Below, one piece after another: positions 1 to 10,683 of a DNA stretch of 64,000 bases. The stretch lies in NCBI GenBank assembly GCA_963772725.1, contig CAVYYI010000001.1, forward strand, positions 192,001 to 256,000. The letters are read 5' to 3'. The translations under genes were made by a program, and so were the position numbers. The notes under the pieces were generated by a model, which worked only from the letters and a program-made list of their open reading frames with translations, was not told where the DNA came from and ran no database searches. The DNA comes from an uncultured Phycisphaerales bacterium. GTDB lineage: Bacteria > Planctomycetota > Phycisphaerae > Sedimentisphaerales > Anaerobacaceae. Within the stretch, counting starts at the first letter, position 1. Every line of letters begins with the position of its first letter.

Positions 1-1012
1 CAGTCAAAGCATCCTGATAAAAACCAAGCCTGATATTCAGGATTCCAATCTTGTTATAAATCACTGCATCGTCGATTCCCATGCTCACTGTCAACGGCTG
101 TCGCTGAGAATTTACGTTCGCAGTAAGTGAACCAAGTGTTACCGCGCTATTCATCTGCTCCAATGCCGCAGCATAATTACGAGTAATGTCAAATACCAGA
201 CCAAGACCGATATATCCAGCTGGGGCGTATCTGTCAAAACGAATAGCCTGTCGTTGGTCCTTTATCGCATCATCATAGCGGCCGAGTTTTGTGTACAAAA
301 GCCCACGAAATACATAAGCTTCAAAGAAATCGTTTTTGAGGCTGATAGCCCGTGAATAGTTCTCGATGGCCTCATCATCGCGTCCAAACAAGTCCTGAAT
401 ACGGGCCTTTGCATAATAAAGCATGGCAGAGTGAGGTTCATCGCGAATTGCCTCGTCGCACACATTCAGGGCATCCTCATATTTTTCCTGTCTGGCATAT
501 ACCCACGCAAGAATATGTCTCAGTTTATTGAATGCGGAGCCACGCTGCAGCGTTCTATTACAGAGCGATATCGCGTCATCATAGTTTCCGACTCTGGCAT
601 ATATCCACGCAAGCGTATAATGAGCATCCACAGATTGAGGATTGTCCCTTATTTCTTCCTGTGTTATCTGTTCAGCCTGTTGATATTCCCCTTTCAAGGC
701 AAATGGATACCCCCTTGTGGGAGTTTCAGTATAGGGAGGTACATCCCGGATTACTTTTTTAAACGCTTCTATGGACTTTTTTCGCAGGCTTTCTGTATTG
801 ACATCAAACAGGGCAAGTATTTCGATTTTATTGACATCTTGTTGAGCAGCAACCGGAGATGCGGATGCCGCTGTTGTCTCTTTTTCCGGGACTATCTTTT
901 CATTGCGAACCTGCTGCTTATCAGTCTTGAGCGCAACCATGATAAAAAACGTAATCGCAATTGACATTATATTTGTGACCGCTACTGTGATTACAACATC
1001 TCGTTTTTTCAT
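1..1012 (-). CDS. TPR-repeat protein with N-terminal hydrophobic anchor (partial, runs off left edge)
   Basis: Translated by hand from the reverse strand starting at ATG 1012 (MKKRDVVITVAVTNIMSIAITFFIMVAL...). The frame is open to position 1. TPR-like units include AHYTLAWIYARVGNYDDAI, YYAKARIQDLLGRDDEAIENYSRAI and AYVFRGLLYTKLGRYDDAI. It is absent from the ORF track because no stop lies in the window. Confidence 0.85.
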   Translation of the reverse strand, partial: MKKRDVVITVAVTNIMSIAITFFIMVALKTDKQQVRNEKIVPEKETTAASASPVAAQQDVNKIEILALFDVNTESLRKKSIEAFKKVIRDVPPYTETPTRGYPFALKGEYQQAEQITQEEIRDNPQSVDAHYTLAWIYARVGNYDDAISLCNRTLQRGSAFNKLRHILAWVYARQEKYEDALNVCDEAIRDEPHSAMLYYAKARIQDLFGRDDEAIENYSRAISLKNDFFEAYVFRGLLYTKLGRYDDAIKDQRQAIRFDRYAPAGYIGLGLVFDITRNYAAALEQMNSAVTLGSLTANVNSQRQPLTVSMGIDDAVIYNKIGILNIRLGFYQDALT

Positions 1013-1079
1013 AACAATGTACCTTTATCCTGTTAATTTTCGTTTTTTAAAATTTATTCAGAATCAAGTCTTAGGGATA

Positions 1080-1445
1080 TTATCCTTCCAACCAAACGCG
1101 AGCCTGCGAAAGCTGTTCCGGAGGAAAAAATTTGACCGGTGCAGCGCGAAATCCCGCACCTGTGAACATTTTCAATTCAGTTTCCCACTTTGGGTCACCG
1201 ACAATGGCAATTTTCGCGATGTCGTTACCATGTGCGGCATAGAAACTCATGTCATCCCAATTAACACCGCGTTCCCATCCTTCAAAATTTTCCACAACCA
1301 ACAGCAATTTGATACGTAGCGAGGGGTCGTTATCAAGTATTTTTGTCGCCGCGGCCTGCACAGCATCGAACTCAGATTTTTTGAGCACCCCCGTAATACA
1401 CATTACACTTAAGTTCCCGTTCTCATTTTTAATCGTTACTCCCAT
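1080..1445 (-). CDS. STAS/SEC14 (SpoIIAA-like) domain protein
   Basis: ~120 aa with motifs LLVVENFEGWE, IAKIAIVGDPKWE and VKFF...QARVWL, typical of the SpoIIAA-like family. GGAGG RBS precedes ATG 1445. Confidence 0.8.
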   Translation of the reverse strand: MGVTIKNENGNLSVMCITGVLKKSEFDAVQAAATKILDNDPSLRIKLLLVVENFEGWERGVNWDDMSFYAAHGNDIAKIAIVGDPKWETELKMFTGAGFRAAPVKFFPPEQLSQARVWLEG

Positions 1446-1501
1446 AACATTGACCTCCAAATTTCTTTAAATGCCTGATTTTATTTTATCAACGTATAAT
1501 C

Positions 1502-2747
1502 GAGACCTCTGAAAAACTATGCATTTTTTACAAAACATTAATGCAATTATCAGCGGATATGATATAATGCGTCCATTCAATAGTCAATTTTATTGCATGG
1601 AGGCAAAGATTATGGAACGCACAAGCAATCAACCAACATTTCTCGACAGTTTAACCTCTGACCTCGGCGGTCGTCGCACTGCTCAATTTTTTCAAAAATG
1701 CGACCAGCTTATACCATGGAACGAACTTGCTGAGCCGTTAAGGGATATGTACAAGAACAACACCGACAAAGGCGGAGCATCGAATTATCCACTTGTAATG
1801 ATGATAAAATGCATAATGCTGCAAAAGTGGTTTAATCTTTCCGACCCGATGCTCGAAGAGATGCTCTGTGACCGTATATCCTTCAGACGATTTGTAGGCC
1901 TTAAGATGGAACAGGATGCACCTGATGAAACTACTTTTGTGCAGTTTCGCAAGCGTCTTAATATAAACGGCCATATAGCTACATTATTTGATAAGACTAT
2001 CGCCATCCTCAAAAGTCGCGGCGTTATACTTGAGGAAGGGACCTGTGTTGATGCCACTATAATAGAAGCGCCTCGCGGCAGAACTGGCAAAGACGGTATT
2101 TCCAGCACCAAAGACAAGGCAGCAGGTTATACGAAAAAACATGGCAGAATATATCACGGCTATAAGGGCCATATTGCTACTGACTGTAACGGCATGATTA
2201 AAGACTACCGTTTCGATACCGCCTCAACCCATGACAGCAGGTATATTGACGAACTTGTTGAGGATGAGAAGGACAGTGTCTTTGCTGATAGTGCATATAT
2301 GGATAAAGACCGAAAGGCAAAACTGGAGGAACGCGGCGTGTTTTGCGGAATTATTCAAAAACGAGTTCGCGGCCAGAAGGAATTAACAGCCTCACAGAAA
2401 TTGCATAACCGTCTGGTGGCGGGAATTCGGGCGGTGGTTGAACATCCGTTTGCGTGGATGAAGAATACCGGCTACGGCAGGACTCGATATCGAGGTATGA
2501 GGCGTAACGCCTTTGATTTTGGGTTACATGTAATAGCGTACAATTGGAAAAGGAGTTTTAGCCTGGTGAGTATTGCCGGATAACGGCACACGACCGTTAT
2601 GAACAGATAAAAAGGTATACCAAAGGCATAAAAGAATCCTTTGGTAAGGCCAGAAAACAGTTTTTGCGGTGTATCGAAATAATTTTTCGAAGCACTTCAA
2701 GCAAAAATATAAGAGAATAATAAAATGTGAGGTTTTTCAGAGGTCTC
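1502..2747 (+). mobile_element. IS5-family insertion sequence (1246 bp)
   Basis: Perfect 16-bp terminal IRs: GAGACCTCTGAAAAAC (1502-1517) and GTTTTTCAGAGGTCTC (2732-2747). 4-bp direct repeat AATC at 1498-1501 and 2748-2751. Encodes a DDE transposase. Confidence 0.93.
1612..2583 (+). CDS. IS5-family DDE transposase
   Basis: IS5-type motifs LQKWFNLSD, DRISFRRFVGL, PDETTF, VDATII, GYKGHI, ADSAY and RAVVEHPF. GGAGG RBS precedes ATG 1612. Confidence 0.93.
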   Translation: MERTSNQPTFLDSLTSDLGGRRTAQFFQKCDQLIPWNELAEPLRDMYKNNTDKGGASNYPLVMMIKCIMLQKWFNLSDPMLEEMLCDRISFRRFVGLKMEQDAPDETTFVQFRKRLNINGHIATLFDKTIAILKSRGVILEEGTCVDATIIEAPRGRTGKDGISSTKDKAAGYTKKHGRIYHGYKGHIATDCNGMIKDYRFDTASTHDSRYIDELVEDEKDSVFADSAYMDKDRKAKLEERGVFCGIIQKRVRGQKELTASQKLHNRLVAGIRAVVEHPFAWMKNTGYGRTRYRGMRRNAFDFGLHVIAYNWKRSFSLVSIAG

Positions 2748-2758
2748 AATCATAAATT

Positions 2759-3883
2759 TTATTTCGTCACCGCGATTGATTTCCGGAAGAGCGCCAGGCT
2801 GTACACAAAGAACCCAAGACCGATCGCACCTACCATCAGAAATTGAGGCCAGACCGCACTAATGCCGCCGCCGCGATAAATGATCACCTGCGAAAAGCTG
2901 ACAAAATGCCGTGAAGGCAGGAAGAAAGTGATGTACTGCAGCCATTCCGGCTGGCTCTCGACAGGCGTATTGCCGCCCGAAAGAAGCATCAGCACAAGGA
3001 TCACCAGAATGATCAAAAGCGCGAACTGCGCCATCGACCGCGAAATCGTCCCCAGGAATATCCCCAGCGCCGTCGCGAAGAACAGATAGAGCACGACGCC
3101 AAAGAACCACAGGGCGACCGAACCGGCGAACGGCACCTTCAGCGCCATCTGCACAATCAAGAAGAGCGAGACCCCGGTCGCGATGAGAATCACAAGGCCG
3201 TTGGCCCAAACCTTCGCCATTGCGATCTCGAACGCGGTCAGCGGCATCACAAGCAGGTGTTCAAGCGTCCCGTGCTCGCGTTCGCGGATCACCGCGGCAC
3301 CCGTCAGAACGACTGTCAGCAGCGTTATCTGATTGATGATGGCCACCACACTCGTAAACCAGGAGGATATTCCGTTCGGATTGAACAGCTTGCGAATGAC
3401 CAGATTGATGGGCTCAGGTGCCGTCACATCCGTGCGTTTGAGAAAGCTTGAGACGCGGTCGTTGATGATGTTCTTGATGTAGTTGGCGCCAATACCGGCC
3501 TGCTGCATGGCGGTCGCGTCGATATTCACCTGGATATCCGGATTGCGACCGGCGCGAAGATCGTTTTCGAACAGGGGCGGGATCACAACGACGAACATGA
3601 ACCGGCCTTTATCCATCGCGTCTTCGACCTCTCCGGCGTCGATTGTCTCAGGCAACTGGAAACGCGGCGGATAGAAAGCATTAATCAGTTCTTTGGACAA
3701 GGCCGAACCGTCCTCGTCCACAAAAGCGATCGATGCGTTGTTGACCTCATTCGAAGTGCCCGTCGCCTGGACATAGATGGCCACAGTGAACGCATAGATG
3801 ACAAACAGGACCATCACCAGATCGCTTATCAGGCTGCGAATTTCCTTGAGCCCAAGCCAAAAGATGTTCAGAAATGACGTCAT
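2759..3883 (-). CDS. ABC-2 type transporter permease (YhhJ/YbhR-like)
   Basis: Multi-TM protein with the IREREHGTLEHLLVMP motif. It lies directly downstream of the RbbA-like ATPase. Confidence 0.88.
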   Translation of the reverse strand: MTSFLNIFWLGLKEIRSLISDLVMVLFVIYAFTVAIYVQATGTSNEVNNASIAFVDEDGSALSKELINAFYPPRFQLPETIDAGEVEDAMDKGRFMFVVVIPPLFENDLRAGRNPDIQVNIDATAMQQAGIGANYIKNIINDRVSSFLKRTDVTAPEPINLVIRKLFNPNGISSWFTSVVAIINQITLLTVVLTGAAVIREREHGTLEHLLVMPLTAFEIAMAKVWANGLVILIATGVSLFLIVQMALKVPFAGSVALWFFGVVLYLFFATALGIFLGTISRSMAQFALLIILVILVLMLLSGGNTPVESQPEWLQYITFFLPSRHFVSFSQVIIYRGGGISAVWPQFLMVGAIGLGFFVYSLALFRKSIAVTK

Positions 3884-3885
3884 TG

Positions 3886-6671
3886 CTATTTCTCCTGCTT
3901 TCTCAGGCCGACCAAACTAACTGCCCAGAGAATCGGGATGCAGCAGGCCAGAAAAATAATGTCCTGCATCATGAGGCCGGGTCCGATCCCCTTGGTATAT
4001 GCGCCCACACTGGAGTGCATGTAGTAAGAGGTTGGCCAGATCAAACCAACAGAGCCGGGCGTTACCCTCAAGCGTCGAGACCGGCTGTAACAAACCGGAG
4101 AACTGGACGGTCGGTATAATGGTGAGAATCGCGGTGACAAAGACGGCCGCGACCTGGCTGCTGGTGAAGGTCGAAGTTACCATGCCGATACCGGTTGTCG
4201 CCGTAACATAAAGCAGCGTGCACAACGTCAACATCAGAAAACTTCCCTTGATCGGAACGCCGAAAACGACCAGCGCCATGGCGACCAAAATGAAAAAGTT
4301 GAGCATGCCGATCGCGATGTAGGGGAGTTGTTTTCCCAGGAGGTACTCCAACCTGCCTGTTGGCGTGACATAGAAGTTGATCATTGAGCCCAGTTCCTTT
4401 TCGCGCACAATGCTGACCGTCATGAGAATCGCCGGTATCAGGATCAGCAGCAGGGCCGGGACGCTCGGCACGATCGAGTAGATACTTTCGAACGTGGGAT
4501 TGTACATGTACCGCTCTTGGATATTGGCAGTGTATTTCTTAGGGGCTGGTGTTGTAGTCCGCTCGCGGGATCTTGCAGCATGGTATTGTGGACTCCCTGA
4601 ACATACTGCGCGACGGTCTCGCCACGGAATGTCATGGCGCCATCCACCTGCGCCAAGACCTCCGGTCCGGAGCCCCTGCGGAAATCCCTGCCGAAATCAG
4701 GCGGAATCTCAAGCACCAGCGAGATGTCATCCGATTGCAGCCGCTTCAAGCCTTCCTCGGCAGAGTATACCGGTGGAGTAGGGGTAAAGTAACGATTGCG
4801 ATCCGGCAAACTGCTCGAGATAAGCGCGGCTTTCCGGCGATTGATCGAGATCGAGCGAGGCATAGCGAATGTGTTCGACATCGGTGGTAATTCCAAAGCC
4901 GAAAACGAGCATCAGCAATGCCGAACCAAGGAAGGCAAAGGCCAATCGCACCGGATCGCGAAGGATCTGCATGGTTTCATTGTGGGTGTATGCGAGCATC
5001 CGACCAAGGCTGAACCGAACTGGGCAGTGCTTCGACGGTGTTGGCGGGGTCACAGGCTGCTCGGCCGCTGGTGCGCTGACGGGCGCTTTGTCCTTGCTTT
5101 TGCCGCTGGACGCGGCATCGGCAATCGCGTCCTCCATATAGCCGATGAAGGCGTCCTCCAGATTGGCGGCACCACGCGTTTCGATCAGCTTCTGCGGAGC
5201 ATCACACGCCAGCACCTTCCCCGCGTTCATCAGCGAGATGCGGTCACAGCGCATCCCTTCATTCATAAAGTGCGTCGTTACGAAGATCGTCACACCCTGC
5301 TTTCGCGAAAGATCGATCAGCAGTTCCCAGAAGCTGTCCCGAGCGACCGGATCGACACCCGACGTGGGTTCATCCAGAATCAGCATTTCCGGTTCATGCA
5401 GAACGGCAACTGCCAGCGAAAGCCGCTGACGCAAACCCATCGGCAGAGCCTCGGCCAACGAATCGAGATGCGGACCAAGTCCGAATTTTTCGACCAACTC
5501 ATCGATACGTGCTTTCGCCTTCTCGGGTGGAATGTGATAAAGACGGGCATCCAGTACCAGGTTCTGGCGAACGGTCAGTTCGCCGTAAAGTGAGAACGCT
5601 TGCGTCATGTAGCCGAGGTGCTTGCGGACTTCGATGCTTCCGGCTTCGACCGACTGGCCAAAGAGCGTCGCGGTCCCTTCGGTGGGAGGCAGCAGTCCCG
5701 TCAACATCTTCATGGTGGTGGACTTTCCGCAGCCGTTGGAGCCGAGGAAACCGAATATCTCGCCTCGCTCGATCGAAAGAGTGACGTGGTCAACAGCGGT
5801 GAAACTGCCGAAGCGGCGCGTCAGGCCCTTGGCATCGATGGCGATTTCCGATTTGCCGGCCGCACGCGGCGGGATGGTCAGTTCCGTATGCCCCATGCGT
5901 TTTTCTTCCGGCAGCAGGGCTATGAAGCATTTCTCCAAATCTTTAGTGCCTGTCCGCTCCATCAACTCCGCCGGCGTTCCTGTCGCCAGCACACGCCCGG
6001 CATCCATCGCGACGATCCAGTCCCACTTTTGCGCTTCGTCCATGTAAGCGGTGGAAATGACGACACTCATACTGGGGCGGCCTGCACGAATATCGTCAAT
6101 GAGCGTCCAAAACTGCCGCCGGGAGAGCGGATCGACGCCGGTGGTGGGCTCATCGAGAACGAGAAGATCCGGTTCGTGGACCAACGCGCCGCAGAGCCCC
6201 ACCTTTTGTTTCATTCCGCCCGAGAGCTTGCCGGCGGGACGTTCGGGAAACGGGCCAAGTCCGGTGGCATCGAGCAGTTCTTTAACTTTGATCGGACGCT
6301 CCGCGGCGGATAGTCCGAAAAGTCGCGCCATGAAATCAACGTTGTCATGAAACGCTGAGTTCCAGGTAGAGGTTCTTGCCCAAACCCTGGGGCATGTACG
6401 CGATCTGCGGGCACACAACGCGTCGATGCCGGACGTCAGCGATGTCCCCATCCAGGACAGTCACTTTCCCCTGCTGCATCTTCTTGGAGCCGGCGATCAG
6501 GGCCATGAGCGTCGACTTGCCGACGCCGTCAGGGCCGATTATGCCGACCATGAGGCCGCTTGGAATATCGAGGGAAATACCATCGAGCGCCACAACTTTG
6601 CCATAGCGGTGGGTGACATCCTTAATGGAGACCACCGGCGCATTAGCTGATTGAGACGCGGGGGACACCAT
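3886..6671 (-). CDS. rbbA: RbbA-like double ABC ATPase fused to permease (split by ~4 frameshifts near 6350, 4795, 4550, 4050)
   Basis: Two Walker A motifs ([18 protein letters not shown]), [21 protein letters not shown], and a C-terminal VREKELGS permease. The pieces are ORFs 6345-6671, 4727-6451, 4444-4896, 3917-4507 and 3886-4140. Confidence 0.85.
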
Positions 6672-6729
6672 GGATTATATCTCCTGCGTTACGTAATCAA
6701 AGAGAACTTTACTTTCCATTGGTTGTCCT

Positions 6730-8383
6730 TTACCAGTCAGGTTTTTGTAAAAGCGGTATGTCGCGGGCCGGCGGCGGCGGGTTTAAGGTTTCCGACGCCG
6801 GTGGCGGCGGCGATGGCGGCGGTAACAAACTGCCCCAGTCTGTCCGTTTTCGCATCTCGGCTTGCGTGCTTTCCGCTACTATTGGTTGGCCCTGCCGCAA
6901 TTCCCAACCCCCGCCCAACGCCTTGTACAAGGCAATCAAATTCGTGGCAATGGATGAGCGCGTCTGGGCCAAGTTATTTTGCTCCTGCAATAAGGCGCGT
7001 TGCGTATCTAACACGCGCTGATAATCCACGGCGCCTTCCCGATATTGCACCAAGGCTATCTCCACCGACCGCTGGGCAGCATTTACTGAGTTCTGCTCAA
7101 ACACTGTCGCTTCCTGGGATTTGAGAAAACCGGTCAGCGTATCTTCCACTTCCTGGGCCGCCTTGAGCACGGTGTTTTGGTAGTTGACGAGCAATTGCTG
7201 AAACCGTGCGTCCTGGATGCGCACATTGTTCTCTATGCGGCCGTAATTGAAAATGGGCCACCGAACCGCCGGGCCAAAGGAATAGAAGACGCTGTCGCTG
7301 TCCATAAGATTGTCAAAGTGCGCTCCATTGGACTGCATCCCACCTTGACTGCTGCTTTGAAACCCGATCTCACCGAAAAGCGAAAAACTGGGATAGAGAT
7401 CCGCTTTGGCAATACCAATGCGGGCACACTGTGCAGCGGCAAAAAGCTCGGCGCTGCGGATATCCGGACGCCGCCGCAGCAGTTCGGCCGGTACGCTAAC
7501 GGCCACTTCCGCAGGCGCCGTCGGAATCCCTTTGGGTCCATCCAGTAATGCCTGAACGGCGCCCGTCGGTTGCCCTAACAGCGTGCTCAAGGCGTTTTGC
7601 GCCTGCTGCAGTCCAATTTGCAGCTGGGGGATGGTAGCCCTGGTACTCTCTAATAACGAGCGTGCCTGGGTCACATCCAGTTCCGTGGTGGCGCCATTGC
7701 GGAAACGAGACTCGGCAATCTGCAGCCCCTCCTCCTGAACTTTGATGTTTTCACGGGCTAGTTCAATGAGCACCTCAAACGTGCGAATCACAGTGTAGGT
7801 GCGGGCGACTTCCGCGGTGAGCGAGACAAGCGCGTCATCGTAGTCGGCCACCGAGGCGATCAAGCTGGCGTGTGTCTGCTTCCACGCCCCGCCGAAACTT
7901 GCCCCAGAAATCCAATTCCCAGGTCGAATCAAAGCCCAACTGATAATCCCAGTGATTTCGATCCAGACCGAAGCTGTTGGACGCATTTTTACTAAGACCA
8001 ACCCCGGTTGCACTACCGAAAGCCTCTTGCTGCTGGGGATACTGCTCACCAATGGCAATGCCTAACCTGGCGCGGGCTTCCATAATCCTTAGACCGGCGA
8101 TCTGCAACGGCAGGTTTTGCTGGTAGGCGAGTTGGATTAATTGATCGAGTGTCGGGTCATTGAACGCACTCCACCACTGGCTGTTAACCGCAGTCTGAGT
8201 CGCGACCCGCGGGTCACCTTTCTCGCTCCAGTTTTCATTGACTTTGGCTTCGGGTTTCACGAAGTCGGGACCTACCGCACACCCGCTAAGCGCCAACACC
8301 ATGCTCAGCAGTGAAACCGCACCGGCAATGGCCAAAGGCCCTCTGGACATCGTTGGCTTTGCATCGTTATGGCTGCACATCAA
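6730..8383 (-). CDS. NodT/TolC-family efflux outer-membrane lipoprotein (frameshift near 7880)
   Basis: Lipobox LSGCAVGPDF, plus WELDFWG, PAELLRRRPDIR and LYKALGGGW. The pieces are ORFs 7835-8383 and 6730-8058. Confidence 0.88.
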
Positions 8384-9432
8384 GGCACCTCCTTGGATTG
8401 TTCATTTGAAGGTATCATACCGTCCGGCTTCTTTGCTGGCGGCGTCACGAGGTTCTGCAGCCAGCCTGGCCAGACAGCGGATTCATCCAACTTGACATAC
8501 CCGACGCCTCGGATGCCCGTCTTGATATACTCAATATACGAGGAGACCAACTCTGGGGGCATCTTGATCTTGACGCGGAACATCAGCTTCTCACGCTCGC
8601 TGCGTGTCTCGACCTGCTTTGGAGTAAACTGTGCTTCCGGGGACACGAAGGTGACATATCCGGCGACCGCGCGGCCGGAAACGTCACCCATCATCCTCGC
8701 TTCGGCGCCAATCTTCACTTTGGAGGCCTGTTCTGAGGGGAGGAATATCTCCATATATACGTCTTCCAGGTTCACCAACGTCAGTGCTTTGCCGCCGGGA
8801 GCCAGAACCTCGCCAACTTCGGCCAGGCGATAAAGCACTCTTCCGCGGACGGGGGACTTGAGCGTCGCGTCATCGATGCGGGTTTGGACCGTCGCCACGT
8901 TTGCCTGTGCGACTTCGACCTCTTGCTTAGCGGTTTGCAGCTTGGCTTCTTCTTCCGCGAGGGATGCCGTGGTTGTTTCCAATCTCGTCTTGCGGACATC
9001 GTATTCCCGCTGCGAGCCGGCACGTTCCTCGACAAGTTTGCGGGAGCGTTCGACCTCGATCTTGGCAAGTTCGATCTCACTTTTCGCCCTGACTATGCCG
9101 GCCTTGGCGATCGCCAGGCGTTCCTGTGCGGCAGCGACATTTGCCTTGGCCTCGGCCAGTTCGGCATCCAGCGTGATGGTGTCCAGCCGCACCAGCACCT
9201 GACCCGGCTTGACGAGATCGCCTTCGTCAACGAGGATTTCCTTGACCCTCAGCGGTTCCTTGGCGGCGGCATCGACCAGTTTGGCCTCGAGCCGGCCGTT
9301 ACCCGATGCGAATCCCTTCGGCAGCGCGGATTGCTTCGTCTTCCAATACTGATAGCCGAAGAACGCAACGACCGCGACAGCGACCACCAGAAGGATCCGC
9401 ATCAGAGACTTTTTGGAGATAGTTTTGGACAT
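8380..9432 (-). CDS. HlyD-family membrane-fusion (periplasmic adaptor) protein, YhiI-like
   Basis: N-terminal TM segment, ASGNGRLEA, a coiled-coil hairpin and AQFTPKQVET...KLMFRVK. CAGGAG RBS precedes ATG 9432. Confidence 0.88.
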   Translation of the reverse strand: MSKTISKKSLMRILLVVAVAVVAFFGYQYWKTKQSALPKGFASGNGRLEAKLVDAAAKEPLRVKEILVDEGDLVKPGQVLVRLDTITLDAELAEAKANVAAAQERLAIAKAGIVRAKSEIELAKIEVERSRKLVEERAGSQREYDVRKTRLETTTASLAEEEAKLQTAKQEVEVAQANVATVQTRIDDATLKSPVRGRVLYRLAEVGEVLAPGGKALTLVNLEDVYMEIFLPSEQASKVKIGAEARMMGDVSGRAVAGYVTFVSPEAQFTPKQVETRSEREKLMFRVKIKMPPELVSSYIEYIKTGIRGVGYVKLDESAVWPGWLQNLVTPPAKKPDGMIPSNEQSKEVP

Positions 9433-9455
9433 AGGAGACTCCTGTGATTTCATCG

Positions 9456-10670
9456 TTATATTTGTTCGTTATTTTCTATATTCTTTCTAATTATACGATA
9501 CGTTTGCTGTGCAATTAACATTTCTTCATTTGCCGGAATGTTCATCAGCCGGACATTCGAATCATCAGAGGAAAAAATGGTTTCATTATTCTTGTTTTTC
9601 CCTTGGTTTATATGACTGCCCAGATAATCAAAATTAGCTGCGATACGTGCTCTTATATATGGACTATTTTCTCCGATTCCACCGGTAAACACGATTACGT
9701 CAACACCGTTTAACGCCGCAACATAAGCCCCGATGTATTTCTGAATCCTGTAAACAAAAACATCAATTGCAACTTGTGCCTTTGTGTCCCCCTTTTCAGC
9801 CATTGCGATAATGTCACGCATGTCACTTTTACCGCATAATCCTAACAACCCGCTGCTTTTATTTAGTAAATCCTTTACCTGCGAAACTTTTAATCCTACC
9901 ACATCGATTAAGTACAAAACTACGGAAGGGTCTAAATCCCCGCAACGGCTGCCCATCACCAGTCCTTCCAAAGGTGTTAGGCCCATTGAGGTGTCAATGC
10001 TTTTGCCCCGCTGAAATGCAGTAATCGAGCAGCCGTTTCCAAGATGACATGTAATAACTTTGAGAGTATTTAATTGTTTAGATAAAATTCCGGCGGCCTC
10101 ATTTGCAACGTAACCGTGATTGATTCCATGAAAGCCGTACTTACGAATCTTATGTTTTTCATAATATTCTATGGGAAGACCATATAGGAACGCTTTGAAC
10201 TCCATTGTTTGATGCACGGCTGTATCGAAAATAGCCACGTTGGGAATATCAGGCAGCAACTCCTGCGAAACTTCGATGCCCGTGATGTTCGGCAGACTGT
10301 GCAGCGGGGCGAACTGAGCCGCTTCTTTTATTTGCTTCATCACATCTTCATTGATTAAGGCGGGATTCCTTAATTTTTCCCCACCGTGGACTATTCTGTG
10401 TCCTACGCCATCTATTCTGTCAATACTTCTGATTTGACTTGATTTATTTTCGACCAGTGCCTTATGCATAGCACGCATTGCGGTTCGGTGGTCGGGAAGA
10501 AACGTTTCCAACTTTTGTTCACGATTGTTTTCTATGGTTTGACAAATTGAAGAAGATTTTTGGCCTATCCGTTCGGCCATTCCTTTTGCCAATACTTGAT
10601 AGTTCCTTTCAACATCAAATAGCTTGTATTTGATGCTGCTTGAACCGCAGTTTAAAGATAATATTTTCAT
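9456..10670 (-). CDS. ackA: acetate kinase
   Basis: Motifs MKILSLNCGSSSIKY, GHRIVHGG, KYGFHG, HLGNG, DTSMGLTPLEGL and FTGGIGEN. Confidence 0.95.
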   Translation of the reverse strand: MKILSLNCGSSSIKYKLFDVERNYQVLAKGMAERIGQKSSSICQTIENNREQKLETFLPDHRTAMRAMHKALVENKSSQIRSIDRIDGVGHRIVHGGEKLRNPALINEDVMKQIKEAAQFAPLHSLPNITGIEVSQELLPDIPNVAIFDTAVHQTMEFKAFLYGLPIEYYEKHKIRKYGFHGINHGYVANEAAGILSKQLNTLKVITCHLGNGCSITAFQRGKSIDTSMGLTPLEGLVMGSRCGDLDPSVVLYLIDVVGLKVSQVKDLLNKSSGLLGLCGKSDMRDIIAMAEKGDTKAQVAIDVFVYRIQKYIGAYVAALNGVDVIVFTGGIGENSPYIRARIAANFDYLGSHINQGKNKNNETIFSSDDSNVRLMNIPANEEMLIAQQTYRIIRKNIENNEQI

Positions 10671-10683
10671 ATTAATCCACGCA

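Noticed and set aside
431..1319. + strand ORFs 431-964 and 903-1319
   Set aside because: They overlap the convincing minus-strand TPR and STAS/SEC14 genes in antisense.
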